This document shows positions 34,111-46,568 of a stretch of 55,724 bases of DNA, in pieces. Each line of letters opens with the position of its first letter. Position 1 is the first letter of the stretch. A program made the translations under genes and the position numbers. Below the pieces are notes generated by a model. The model searched no databases and was not told the origin of the DNA. It saw only the letters and a program-made list of their open reading frames with translations. Source of the stretch: Malacoraja senta (taxonomy: Eukaryota); assembly GCA_038087875.1 (NCBI GenBank), contig JAXLNO010000424.1, forward strand, positions 186,001 through 241,724, written 5' to 3'.

Positions 34111-35967
34111 AACCCACACGGTGGGAGTGTTGACCACAAACTGGACGGGCCTGCAGTGCGGCGGATCACCACATGGTGGGAGTGTTGACCACAAATTGGA
34201 GCGACCTGTTATGTGAATTCACTGCACATTGGGAGCGCTGTCTACAAATTAGATATTGTGCTCTTTACTGCAGAATGGTTCTTTATTGCTCTGTGACCCT
34301 TTACCTTTCCCCGTAATGCACCCATTGCACAGATGCCAAATTTAGTAAAAGCCCTGAAACCAGGGGAGACTTAGGATGAAAATCAAGGAACTGCAGGTGC
34401 TGGTTTACAAACAAAAACGCAAAGTGCTGGAGTAACTCAGCGGGTCAGGCAGCATCTGTGGAGAACATGGATTGGTGAGATTTTTGGGTTGCGAGTCTCA
34501 GACTGATTTCTGGGTGTGGTTCCATTTACTTCATGAAGGCAGTGGCAAGAATGAATTTGTCTCCTGGATAGTTGTCCAATTGTGTTTTAATTGTGGCACT
34601 TTATGAAGACTAGTTTTCAGTTGATGACTAATTGTTATGAATAAGAAGACAGCGAGGAATTTAAAGTGGTTCTACGTTGTACTTGATTGAGGAAAGTTAA
34701 TGTGAACTAGTTGTTAACCACTTGTGTGAAATGGTTCATGTTAACTACCCTAATCGCAGCTTGTTTATTGTGAGTTCTTATGAAGGACTTTCAGGTGAAG
34801 GAATCTGTGTGATGTGTGGAGTGGTCATTCATTGAGCTTTGGACTGGACAGAATGTTGTACAGATTTGAAAAGATATTTAGATGCTCTTGCTCAAAAGAC
34901 AAAATGCTGGAGTAACTCAGCGGGTCAAAGGCAGCATCTGTGGAGAACATGGATAGGTGACGTTTCACAGAGTGCTGGAGTAACTCAGCGGGTCAGGCAG
35001 CATCTGTGGAGAACATGGACAGGTGACGTTTCACAGAGTGCTGGAGTAACTCAGCGGGTCAGGCAGCATCTGTGGAGAGCATGGATAGGTGACGTTTCAC
35101 AGAGTGCTGGAGTAAGTCAGCGGGTCAGGCAGGGATGCCCATAATAAAAAGAACAGCAATGAGCAGCTCAGTCAGTGAGTTCACTGTTTGTGTACAGGGT
35201 TTGATGCCCAGGGCAAGAGTTACAGCATTGGGCAACTCAGTCAGGAAGTTCACTGTTTGTGTGAAAGTAGGATAAATATTCCTTTAAAATGCGGGGCTTG
35301 TGTCTGTTTTCACTCATAAAAATAATTGTGAGAAGTTAAAATGGGAACACATTGCATTCCTTTCTTGATTTGGTGTGTGTTTCCATTATCTAAATATATG
35401 ATAAATGAAATATTGGATTTAAGTGATGACATGTTGGACTAATATAAAAATAATGGATTTCAGACCAATTCTAGTTTGAAAAAACAAGAATTTCCTTCAT
35501 TCCTTCATTTCCATCAAAGGTAACGAATTGTGATAAGCAAATATTGAAAAAAGTCTTTAACAAGAAATTGTAATTAACCTTAACAATGTGAGAACTTCAA
35601 ACAAAAACCAAAGTGCAAACTATTAACTTTAACATACACATGACATCTACATCCAAGAGAACATCAATTATGCCCCAGGTCCATGCTGTAACCCCCTATT
35701 GCTGCAGAAGTCGGTGTGTCTCTTGGAGGAAGACTATAATCAACATAATCTGAAGCTAATAAAGATAACATTGATCCAGCAGGATGGAGATCTGTGTACG
35801 TGATTGTTGATGTCATTGACTATCTCTGAAAACAAAAGATGGATTTACATGCAGAAACAATACAGACCCTCAACAGCTGCAATTAACAAAACGAAACTGG
35901 TGAAATGTTTTATGTTGTTTCGGTCAGATCATGGACGATTTTTGAAACACATAAATATTATGTGTTT

Positions 35968-36416
35968 CATATGAAGAAAGAATGGATAGACTCGGCTTGT
36001 ACTCGCTAGAATTTAGAAGATTGAGGGGGGGATCTTATAGAAACGTACAAAATTCTTAAGGGGTTGGACAGGCTAGATGCAGGAAGATTGTTCCCGATGT
36101 TGGGGAAGTCCAGAACAAGGAGTCAAAGTTTAAGGATAAGGGGGAAATCTTTTAGGACCGAGATGAGAAAAACATTTTTCACACAGAGAGTGGTGAATCT
36201 GTGGAATTCTCTGCCACAGAATGTAGTTGAGGCCAGTTCATTGGCTATATTTAAGAGGGAGTTAGATGTGGCCCTTGTGGCTGAAGGGATCAGGGGGTAT
36301 GGAGAGAAGGCAGGGATGGGATACTGAGTTGGATGATCAGCCATGATCATATTGAATGGCGGTGCAGGCTCGAAGGGCCGAACGGCCTACTCCTGCACCT
36401 ATTGTCTATGTTTCTA
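35968..36416 (+). mobile_element. CR1 LINE 3' end
   Basis: DRLDAGRLFPM..SRTR..FTQRVVNLWNSLP plus 3'UTR. Confidence 0.88.
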
Positions 36417-38138
36417 TTACGAATGGAAGGAGGATGAATTTAATAATCTTATAAGGGTGTGAAAGACAAATAATTAAAGTCAAATCTAAGCTCACAATTT
36501 TCTTTATTAAATTGTATACCTGTCCAGCCTGCAGATGTGTCTGTACCCCCATTCGTATCTCCGGTGGATGTGGCCTCGACGACTGCTTTTGAAACACAGA
36601 ATCATATATAAGTAGAACTCAAATGGTTAAAAAATCTCACTGAGTTCTGTGGCAAAGGACTGCAATCATCAAAGCGTTTATTTAATACCTGCTCAGAATA
36701 ACATGGTCAGGTTTAATCTACAATTGGATACGGAGAAGGGTAGATCGGGGGTCATAGTGTTACAGTTAAATAAAGGGGACTATGGGGCCATGAGGGAGGA
36801 GCTGGCCAAAGGTGGCTGGGAAGATACACTAGCAGGAATGAACGTGGAGCAAAAAATGGCAGGTGTTTCTAGGAATAATACAGAAGGTGCAGGATCAGTT
36901 CATTCCTAGGAGGAAGAAAGATTACAAGGGGAGAAAGGGACGACCATGGCTGACAAAGGACGTCAGGGACAGTATAAAAATTAAAGCGAAGAAGTACAAC
37001 GTAGCAAAGATGAGCGGGAAGCAAGAGGATTGGGTAATGTTTAAAGAACAACAGAAGATAACCAAAAAGACAATACGGGGAGAAAAGATGAGGTACGAAG
37101 GTAAGCTAGCCAATAATATAATGCAGGATAGTAAAAGCTTCTTTAGGTATGTGAAGAGGAAAAAATTAGTTAAGACCAAAGTTGGACCCTTGAAGACAGA
37201 AAAGGGTGAATTTATTATGGGGAACAAGGAAGTGGCAGATGAGTTGTACAGGTACTTTGGATCCGTCTTCACTAAGGAGGACACAAACAATCTTCCTGAT
37301 ATAGTCGTGGCCAGAGGATCTGGGGTGACGGAGGAACTGAAGGAAATCCACATTAGGCAGGAAATGGTGTTGGATAGACTGATGGGACTGAAGGCTGATA
37401 AATCCCCTGGGCCTGATGGTCGGCATCCCAGGGTACTTCAGGAATTGCACGGGAAAGGAATGAAGGGTTATGGTCTGAGTGCAGGTAGGTGGGACTCGGG
37501 GAAAATAAGTGTTCGGCACGGACTAGAAGGGCCAAGATGGCCTGTTTCCGTGCTGTAATTGTTATATGGTTATATGGCTCTAAAAATCGTGGATGCATTG
37601 GTGGTAATTTTCCAATGTTCTTCAGACTCAGGATCAGTTCATGTGGATTGGAGGGTAGCTAATGATATCCCACTTTTTAAGAAAGGCGGGAGAGAGAAAA
37701 CGGGGAATTATAGACCAGTTAGCCTGACAACGTTGGTGGGGCAGATGCTGGAGTCAATTATAAAAGATGAAATAGCCGAACATTTGGATAGCAGTAACAG
37801 GATCGGTCCGAGTCAGCATGGATTTACGAAGGGGAAATCATGCTTGACTAATCTTCTGGAATTTTTTGAGGATGTAACTAGGAATATGGACAAGGGAGAG
37901 CCAGTGGATATAGTGTACCTGGACTTTCAGAAAGCATTTTCATAAGGTCCCACACAGGAGATTAGTGGGCAAAATTAGGGCACATGGTATTGGGGGTAGA
38001 TTTGCAGATGACACAAAGCTGGGTGGCAGTGTGAACTGTGAGGAGGATGCTATGAGAATGCAGGGTGGCTTGGACAGGTTGGGGCAGTGGGCAGATGCAT
38101 GGCAGATGAAGTTTAATGTGGATAAATGTGAGGTTATC

Positions 38139-41100
38139 TGTAAAATGACTTGGTTCCTACACAGAGTCTTTTACTGATGGTTTATTAAATCACTAACACA
38201 CACCTTGCAATAGCTGTCCGTGGTCATCACTGGAGCTAGAGAGAGGGCTGGAGGTGGGAACCTTACAATTATAGGAGAGACAATGGGGAGTGGTTAGTAG
38301 TGGTGAGGTCACTAAGTTAAAGGAACATGCACTGATCTACATCCCTCCTCTTGGAAACAAAACATGGCAATACACAGAGCGACCACGGCTCATACGCTTG
38401 GATTACAAACCGCGCTGGGAACAGTTAATCGTGTCATAACACAGCGAGGCGAGCTCCCCGTAACGGACAGGCGGCTTGACCAACCGGCCATAGCGGGTGC
38501 GCAACCCGCATTCCCCCTCAACCGCAGGAGCAGAAGGGACAGAGTCAGGGAAAGAGGTGGGAGAGCCGCGCGGGGAACAAACCAGAGATGGAGGAGAACA
38601 GCGAGGCGAAACGGGCACGCTGGCAGGCAAGGCAGGGGAAAGAGGCTTGTGAGCGTGGGGCATAGAGAGCTGGGAGGGCAGTTTCCGCGACATGCGAGGA
38701 GTGACAGGGGCTGGCGGAGCCTCGGGCAGAATGGAAGGGATAGGTGGCTGAAACGGGTCCGCGGGAGGCGGAGGAGGCTCGTTGACGAGCAGGAGGTGCT
38801 GGCGTGACCGACGGTAGATAGCGCCCTCATAGTCGACGAGGTATGACCGGGGAGAGCCGGCATTACCAACCACTACGGCCAGCCTGTAGTGCCCGGAGGG
38901 GGACTGCATCCGAACCACCTGGCCCGGGAACAGGCAAGGAAGCGGCCGGGCCGACTTGTCAAAGGAGCGCTTCTGGATGGCTTTCTTCTCGATGATGCGC
39001 TCTGTGACAGCAGCAGGGTTCTGGACTGAGGGTTTGAGGGACTGTTGCGAGACAGGGAGAGGTGGTCTAGTGGTGCGGGACATGAGGCGTTGGGCAGGTG
39101 AACCGAGCGCGGGGTCGCGGGAAATATTGCGGAGGTTGAGGAGGGCAAGGTAGAAGTCGGAATGTGAAAGGCGGCAGTGTTCCAGCAGCTCCTTGGCACT
39201 GCGGACGGCGCGTTCCGCAAGGCCATTGCTCTGCGGATACTCAGGGCTGCTGGTGATGTGACGAAAGTTCCAACGGGCAGCAAAGGCACGGAACTCGGCG
39301 CTGGAGAACTGGCTGCCGTTGTCCGATTGGAGGGTCACCGGGGGTCCATGGGTGCAAAAGTGTTGGCGAAGCTTCCAGATGACGGCGGCAGAGGTGATGG
39401 AAGGCAGCTGATCCACCTCGAACCAACTGGAGTACGAGTCCACCAGGACCAGGAAATGCTTGCCACGCCATTCGAAAAGGTCCGTGGCAATATACATCCA
39501 CGGTAGCTCGGGGGCCGGCTGCTGCAGGAGGGGCTGGCGCTGCTGATGAGGCAGGAGACTGTTACAGGCAGCGCAAACGGAGACCCTGTCACGGATGTCC
39601 TGAGCCATGCCTGGCCAGTAGAATTGGCTCTGGGCCTGGGACAAAGTGGCCTCCACCCCGGGGTGGCCATTGTGTGCAGTTTGAAAATAGTGATCCCGCA
39701 GAGCGGCCGGCACCACGACCTTGTGACCCTTCACCACCACGCCGTCATGTAGCACTAGTTCATCACGAACCAGGAAGTAGGGGAGGGCACCAGCCGGCAG
39801 GGAAGAGCGTCGGTCAGGCCAACCACGGCGGATAACGTCCGCAAGTTCTTGCAGGGCAGGATCATCAGCAGTGTGTTTGACCAGGGACTGCATCTGCTGG
39901 GATGGAACAATGTTAACATTCAGTACCATCAGGTCAGAGGATTCGTACGGGTGGCGGGCAACTGAAGGGAGCGGCGCACGGGACAATGTGTCGGCCACAA
40001 ACATATCTTTGCCCTTGCGGTACACAATCCGGAACGTGAAACGCTGGAGCTGCAGCATCATCCGCTGCAACCGGGAAGAGGCGACATGGATAGGCTTATT
40101 CAGAATAGTGACCAGTGGCTGGTGGTCAGTCTCAATGGTGAAGGTGTTGCCCAGAATGTAATCCCTAAACTTGGAGCAGGCGAACACCACGGCAAGTAGC
40201 TCCTTCTCGATCTGTGCATAACGTTGCTCGGCAGGGGTCATGGTGCGAGAAGCGTAGGAGACAGGTAGCTGCAGGCCGTCATAAAGCTGCAGACATGCGG
40301 CACCGAGACCGAACTTAGAGGCATCACAAGTGAGGACAATTGGTCTGTGCAGATCGAAGAACTTGAGAGTCGGTGTGTGTGTGAGCTTGGACTTCAGAGC
40401 CACGAACGCCGACTGGTGATGCGGGAGCCAGATCCATGCGGAGTCCTTTTTGATCAGCACCCTCAGGGGAGCACTCAGTTCGCTGAGGTCAGGTACGAAC
40501 TTCCCCAGGTAATTGACCAGGCCCAGGAAGCGCTGCAGGCCGGGAACGTCAGTAGGAGCGGGCATCTCGGTGACTGCTGATGTTTTCTGGGGGTCAGGCT
40601 TTAAACCCCCTGCCGTGAAAACGTGACCAACGTAAGTGACTTCCGGGACCCGGAACCGACACTTCTTGGGGTTGAGCTTGAGATTGATTTTACGAGCCCT
40701 GTCCAGGACTTTGCGGAGGTGCAGGTCGTGCTCAGCGACGTCCCTCCCGTACACCAGGATGTCATCCACGATGATAGCGCACGGCAACCCAGCGAACAGC
40801 TGTTCCATGGTGCGCTGGAAAACCTCACTAGCCGAGTTGATCCCAAACGGCATATGGAGGAAACGGAACCTGCCGAAAGGTGTGATGAAGGTGGTCAGGA
40901 ATGAGGAACGTTCATCTAAAGGGATCTGCCAGAATGAGCTTTTGGCGTCTAAAACAGAGAAGACAGTGGCAGGACCGACCTGTGCAGCGACGTCCTCCAC
41001 CGTCCGCATGGGGTAGTGCGGGCGCTTGATGGCCAGGTTCAGGTCCTTTGGATTAATGCAGATCCGGATCTCGCTCTTATCCTTCTTGGCAGCGACAACC

Positions 41101-42862
41101 ATGTTTGAGACCCACCTGGTGGGAGCGCTCACCTCCTTGAGGATGCCCATGGTCACCATATCACGCAGAGTAGATTCCACGCGGCCCTTCATAGCGAAGG
41201 AGACGCGGTGGGCCGGTCGAACCACCGGGTCGACACTCGGGTCGACAACGATTTTATAGTCACAGGGCAATTTGCCCAAAATGTCATCAAAACGGTCGGG
41301 GTATTCGCCCAGGGGATCCATGGGGGCCTGCACCAGGTGAATTCCGCGGTGGAAAGAAACCAAACCAAGGTCCTGGCACGCACAGGCGCCCAGCAGGGTG
41401 ACGTTGTCAGAATCCAGCAGGTGGAAGGTGAGGGGCCGAGAGGTCTCAAGGACTGTGCAGATAAGCGTGGCCTTCCTCACTGGAACTAGAACTCTTCCCC
41501 CATAGACATGAAGGCGGGTGTCATCGGAAGTAACTATCTCCCCAGATCTTATCCGCTTGAAGAGGCTGATAGACATAACATTTGAAAATGCACCAGTATC
41601 GACCTTGGCAGAGAATGAATGACCATTAACAGTAACATGCACAGAGGGATCTGTTATCGTAGCAGGTGCACCCAAAAGCAAAAACACTGTTGAATCACCA
41701 TGGGAGGAGCTCCTATCAAAGTCCGACTGGTACTGATAACCAAGCGCGCTATCAGGGTTTGCAAGGTTATTTAAATTCCTCCTTGGAGCAGGGAGCGGCT
41801 TATCACGGGACCGACAAGCCGCCGAAAAGTGGTTCAGTTTGCCACAGGAATTACAAGTCTTGCCCTGCGCGGGGCAAACGTTGAATTGGTGGAAAGAAAA
41901 ATTACAATTGGGGCAACGGCGTGGGGTGACCTTAGCGGGCATTGCGGCGGGGTTTCGTCGTGGCGGACCAGCGTTCCGCCGGCGGCCAGCTGCACCGGTA
42001 AAGTTAATGTCCTGGGACACCGGTTGAGACACGGAGCTAACAGCAGAGGCCATACGAGCGGAATACATAGCCTCCCTTAGTGTCAAATCAGGTTTCATAA
42101 GGAGCTCGTCACGCAGCTTAGCGTTCAGGAGACCATTGACGAGGACATCCCTGATCAATTCGTCCGTGGAGATTGTTTCAAGGCGACAGCGCCGAGCCAT
42201 ATGACGCAAAGAGGCAATAAAAGCGTCAATATGCTCGCCGGGATTCTGCCGCCTCTGGAAGAATTTAAAGCGTTCAATAATGTTATTGGTAGGGATATCA
42301 CAGAGGGCAGTGAATTTATCAATGAGACATACCGGGTCCCGACGGTCTTCTCCGGGGGCGAAGTCGAATGAAGCATAGTGATCCATGGCCTCCGGGCCAG
42401 CGAGGTTGAGCAGCAGGTGAGCCTGCACAGCAGGGGTGGCATTAGGATGAGCGATGGCTGTGTAATGTTCAAAGTCGCGCTGGAACACAGTCCAGCGGTG
42501 GACAATGTCCGTGTCAAAGACCAATATCTCGGGTCGACGACAGGAATTGGACATAATGAAAACGGGGGGGAGACGTGAACAACTGGGAGAAAGCAAAGAG
42601 TAAAAAGGAAAAAAAAAAACCCGATAAACAGGAGACGCGGGTCTACCACTTCGACACCATGTAAAATGACTTGGTTCCTACACAGAGTCTTTTACTGATG
42701 GTTTATTAAATCACTAACACACACCTTGCAATAGCTGTCCGTGGTCATCACTGGAGCTAGAGAGAGGGCTGGAGGTGGGAACCTTACAATTATAGGAGAG
42801 ACAATGGGGAGTGGTTAGTAGTGGTGAGGTCACTAAGTTAAAGGAACATGCACTGATCTACA
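38139..42862 (-). mobile_element. Full-length Gypsy (Mag-like) LTR retrotransposon
   Basis: 203-bp TG..CA LTRs at 38139-38341 and 42660-42862; 5-bp TSD ttatc; PPT 38342-38352; tRNA-Leu-like PBS TGGTGTC-GAAGTGG ending at 42659. Confidence 0.97.
38403..42554 (-). CDS. Gag-Pol polyprotein (two zinc knuckles, protease, RT, RNase H, integrase)
   Basis: CPNC..H..C, CNSC..H..C, VDTGA, LDAKSSFWQ, IVDD, CDAS, HHCC, SDNG and SNGLAER in one open frame; first ATG at 42554. Confidence 0.95.
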   Translation of the reverse strand: MSNSCRRPEILVFDTDIVHRWTVFQRDFEHYTAIAHPNATPAVQAHLLLNLAGPEAMDHYASFDFAPGEDRRDPVCLIDKFTALCDIPTNNIIERFKFFQRRQNPGEHIDAFIASLRHMARRCRLETISTDELIRDVLVNGLLNAKLRDELLMKPDLTLREAMYSARMASAVSSVSQPVSQDINFTGAAGRRRNAGPPRRNPAAMPAKVTPRRCPNCNFSFHQFNVCPAQGKTCNSCGKLNHFSAACRSRDKPLPAPRRNLNNLANPDSALGYQYQSDFDRSSSHGDSTVFLLLGAPATITDPSVHVTVNGHSFSAKVDTGAFSNVMSISLFKRIRSGEIVTSDDTRLHVYGGRVLVPVRKATLICTVLETSRPLTFHLLDSDNVTLLGACACQDLGLVSFHRGIHLVQAPMDPLGEYPDRFDDILGKLPCDYKIVVDPSVDPVVRPAHRVSFAMKGRVESTLRDMVTMGILKEVSAPTRWVSNMVVAAKKDKSEIRICINPKDLNLAIKRPHYPMRTVEDVAAQVGPATVFSVLDAKSSFWQIPLDERSSFLTTFITPFGRFRFLHMPFGINSASEVFQRTMEQLFAGLPCAIIVDDILVYGRDVAEHDLHLRKVLDRARKINLKLNPKKCRFRVPEVTYVGHVFTAGGLKPDPQKTSAVTEMPAPTDVPGLQRFLGLVNYLGKFVPDLSELSAPLRVLIKKDSAWIWLPHHQSAFVALKSKLTHTPTLKFFDLHRPIVLTCDASKFGLGAACLQLYDGLQLPVSYASRTMTPAEQRYAQIEKELLAVVFACSKFRDYILGNTFTIETDHQPLVTILNKPIHVASSRLQRMMLQLQRFTFRIVYRKGKDMFVADTLSRAPLPSVARHPYESSDLMVLNVNIVPSQQMQSLVKHTADDPALQELADVIRRGWPDRRSSLPAGALPYFLVRDELVLHDGVVVKGHKVVVPAALRDHYFQTAHNGHPGVEATLSQAQSQFYWPGMAQDIRDRVSVCAACNSLLPHQQRQPLLQQPAPELPWMYIATDLFEWRGKHFLVLVDSYSSWFEVDQLPSITSAAVIWKLRQHFCTHGPPVTLQSDNGSQFSSAEFRAFAARWNFRHITSSPEYPQSNGLAERAVRSAKELLEHCRLSHSDFYLALLNLRNISRDPALGSPAQRLMSRTTRPPLPVSQQSLKPSVQNPAAVTERIIEKKAIQKRSFDKSARPLPCLFPGQVVRMQSPSGHYRLAVVVGNAGSPRSYLVDYEGAIYRRSRQHLLLVNEPPPPPADPFQPPIPSILPEAPPAPVTPRMSRKLPSQLSMPHAHKPLSPALPASVPVSPRCSPPSLVCSPRGSPTSFPDSVPSAPAVEGECGLRTRYGRLVKPPVRYGELASLCYDTINCSQRGL

Positions 42863-43640
42863 TTATCCACTTTGGAATCAAAAACAGGAAGGCAGATTAC
42901 TATCTAAGTGGCGTCAAGTTGGGAAAAGGGGAAGTACAACGGGATCTAGGGGTCCTTGTTCATCCGTCTATGAAAGTAAGCATGCAGGTGCAGCAGGCAG
43001 TGAAGAAAGCGAATGACATGTTGGCCTTTATAGCAAGAGGAGTCGAGTATAGGAAAAAAAGAAGTCCTTCTGCAGTTGAACAGGGCCCTACTGAGACCAC
43101 ACCTGGAGTATTGTGTACAGTTTTGGTCCCCTAATTTGAGGAAGGACATTCTTGCTATTGAGTGCAGCGTAGGTTTACAAGGTTAATTCCCGGGATGGCG
43201 GGACTGTCATATGCTGAGAGAATGGAGTGGCTGGGCTTGTACACTCTGGAGTTTAGAAGGATGAGAGGTTATCTCATTGAAACATATAAGATTGTGTAGG
43301 GCTTGGACACGCTAGAGGCAGGAAACATGTTCCCGATGTCGGGGGAGTCCAGAACCAGGCACCACAGTTTAAGAATAAGGGGTAAGCCATTTAGAACGGA
43401 AACGAGGAAACGCTTTTTCTCACAGAGAGTTGTGAGTCTGTGGAATTCTCTGCCTCAGAGGGCGGTGGAGGCCGGTTCTCTGGATAATTTCAAGAGAGAG
43501 CTAGATAGGGCTCTTAAAGATAGGGGATATGGGGAGAAGGCAGGAACGGGGTACTGATTGGGGATGATCAGCCATGATCACATTGAATGGCGGTGCTGGC
43601 TCGAAGGGCCGAATGGCCTACTCTGGCGTCTATTGTCTAT

Positions 43641-44610
43641 TACAGGTAACAGACTACTGACCGACATCTACTACAAACGCACTGACGCCCATGGCTATCT
43701 GGACTACACTGGCCACATCTGTGCCCAGGATGAATTGTTCCAAACCAGGGCATCGGAGATGTCCTCATTCTTTAGGGAATGGGGGTTCCCCTCTTCTACT
43801 GTAGATGAGGCTCTTATCGGGGTCTCTTTTATATCCCACAGTTCCGCTCTTACTCCCCATCTACCTACTCGTAACAAGGACAGAGTCCCTCATGTCCTCA
43901 CCTTCCACCCTACCAGTCATCACATACAACAGATAATCCTCCAACATTTTCGCCACCTCCAACGGGATCCCACCACTGGCCACATCTTCCCATTCTCCAA
44001 TTTCAGTGGTTTATCCCTCCTGCCCCTTCCCAGCTCTCCCACAGCCTACTGTGTCTGCCTTTTCCTTCCTTTAATAATAAAAATAATAATAAATGTTATT
44101 TATTGGCGCCTTTCAAATCTCAAGGACACCTTACAGATTTTACAGTAAACGGAATGAAATAAATAGTAAAGACTTCACAAGTAAACAAATTAAAACAGAA
44201 TTTTTTAAAAATCACAAAAATCAAAAACAGTATGGAAGAGAGAGCAGCGGCTGCTAATACGCGCCAGCGTCCACTCCCCCTTCCGGCACCCATCTTGGAC
44301 ACAAAGTAAAACAATCAATTAACATTTACACACAAAAATCATCCCCCCCACAATGATTACCACTGTGGGCGAAGGCACAATGTCCAGTCCCCAACCCCAG
44401 TTCTCCCAAAGACGGCATATTGAGGCCTCCACAATTGCCTCTATGGAGGCCCGATGTTCCTTTATCCAGCACCCCACCCCAACTTCAGTCTGAAGAAGGG
44501 TCTAGACCTGAAACGTCACCTAATCCTTCTCTCCATAGATGCTGCTTCACCTGCTGAGTTACTCCAGCATTTTTGTCAACCTTCGATTTTTCCAGCTTCT
44601 GCAGTTCTTT
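43641..44610 (+). mobile_element. Penelope-like remnant (duplicate of 33537-34110) with a ~400-bp insertion
   Basis: Same internal deletions as the 33.5-kb copy; extra sequence at about 44071-44470. Confidence 0.75.
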
Positions 44611-45974
44611 CATAATCCACACGGTGGGAGTGTTGACCACAAATTGGACGGACCTGCAGTGCGGCGGATCACCACACGGTGGGAGTGTTGACCACAAATT
44701 GGAGCGACCTGTTATGTGAATTCACTGCACATTGGGAGCGCTGTCTACAAATTAGATATTGTGCTCTTTACTGCAAAATGGTTCTTCATTGCTCTGTGAC
44801 CCTTTACCTTTCCCTTTCCCTGTAATGCACCCATTGCACAGATGCCAAATTTAGTAAAAACCCTGAAACCAGGGAAGATTTGGGAAGAAAATCAAGGAAC
44901 TGCAGGTGCTGGTTTACAATAAAAGGCACAAAGTGCTGGAGTAACTCAGTGGGTCAGGCAGCATCTGTGGAGAACATGGATAGGTGACGTTTCACATAGT
45001 GCTGGAGTAACTCAGCGGGTCACGTTTGATGCCCGTAGTAAGAGTTCCAGCATTGGGCAGCTCATTCAGGGAGTTCACTGTTTGTGTGAAGTGTGGTCTT
45101 TGATATAGCTGGCATGTTGCTGTGCCAGTTTGATTATGAAAATAGTCAATGTATTCTTCTACCCTGTAGGATTCACTACTTCAGACACATTTGAATTGCA
45201 CTGTACCTTAATTGGTACATGTGACGATAAACTGACCTTGAAACATTGGGCCTAGAGTTATTTTTCCAGGCCCTGTCCACCCAGTGTTTGATATTTTGAG
45301 GTGAATGTAGAATTTCCTCACATGCTGCTGTTTCTCCCTCTACAGTTATTCTACTTGTTTCTGGTTGATGTGCCAAGGTCTATGGAGATCTTCAAATGTC
45401 CCCAGTTTTCTATGGTTTGTGATAGATGGGCTTTGTCAACTTGCTGTTCCAAGTACTGCTTGTGATAGAGCGTGTGATCAAGGATGTCAGGAGATTTCAA
45501 TCATTAAAGTGATTTTATTTTGCTATAACCAAGTCTATCTAATCTAGTCTTTGTGGAGATGATATGAAGATAAGGCTCTTGTTTAGACCCTCTCGTGGTT
45601 TCAATGGGGATAAATCTTTGAGAAAGATTAACAATGTCCTTTCCTAATTGCTTTGTGGTCACATTCCTTGTATTTCAGGGTGCTGGAATGTTGAGCAGAA
45701 GTGCTGGAGGAACTTTGAGGGTCAGGCAGCATCTGTGGGGGAAATAGACAGGTGGCATTCTGGGTTGGAAACCTACAGACTGGAGTAGGGGGAGAAAGAT
45801 GGAAAGTGGGGGTGGGACAAAGCCTGGCATGTGGGGGTGGGTGATTGGCAGATGGATGGAATAAGTAACAAAGGCCAGAGGTGAAAGTGATAAAACATGT
45901 TGGATAAGAAGGGGAGAGGTGTGGAAGATGAAGCCAGAGGGAGGTTTATGGGTGAATGGGACATGGGAGGGGAT

Positions 45975-46568
45975 AGTTCAAGTTCGTGAGTTTATTGTCA
46001 TGTGTCCCTGATAGGACAATGAAATTCTTGCTTTGCTTCAGCACACAGAACATAGTAGGCATTGACTACAAAACAGATCAGTGTGTCCATATACCATTAT
46101 ATAAATATATACACACATGAATAAATAAACTGATAAAGTGCAAATAACATATAATGGGCTATTAATGTTCAGAGTTTTGTCCGAGCCAAGTTTAATAGCC
46201 TGATGGCTGTGGGGAAGTAGCTATTCCTGAACCTGGTTGTTGCAGTCTTCAGGCTCCTGTACCTTCTACCTGAAGGTAGCGGGGAGATGAGTGTGTGGCC
46301 AGGATGGTGTGGGTCCTTGATGATGCTGCCAGCCTTTTTGAGGCAGCGACTGCGATAGATCCCCTCGATGGAAGGAAGGTCAGAGCCGATGATGGACTGG
46401 GCAGTGTTTACTAATTTTTGTCGTTTTTTGCTCTAGAGGGCGCTCAATTTGCTGAACCAAGCCACGATGCAACCGGTCAGCATGCTCTCTACTGTGCACA
46501 TGTAGAAGTTAGAGAGAGTCCTCCTTGACAAACCAACTCTCCGTAATCTTCTCAGGAAGTAGAGGCTA
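45975..46568 (-). mobile_element. Rex1/Babar-type LINE 3' end
   Basis: LYFLRRLRR.GLS...L.NFY.CTVES.LT.CI.AWF plus a 3'UTR ending in ttgaac repeats. Confidence 0.8.

Larger units (their letters stand above)
36710..43640 (+). mobile_element. CR1 LINE ORF2 remnant interrupted by the Gypsy element
   Basis: KSPGPDG.HPRVL, NYRPVSLT, QHGF.KGKSCLTNL and YLDFQKAF (36710-38138); resumes VIHFG at 42863 through the 3'UTR. Confidence 0.88.
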
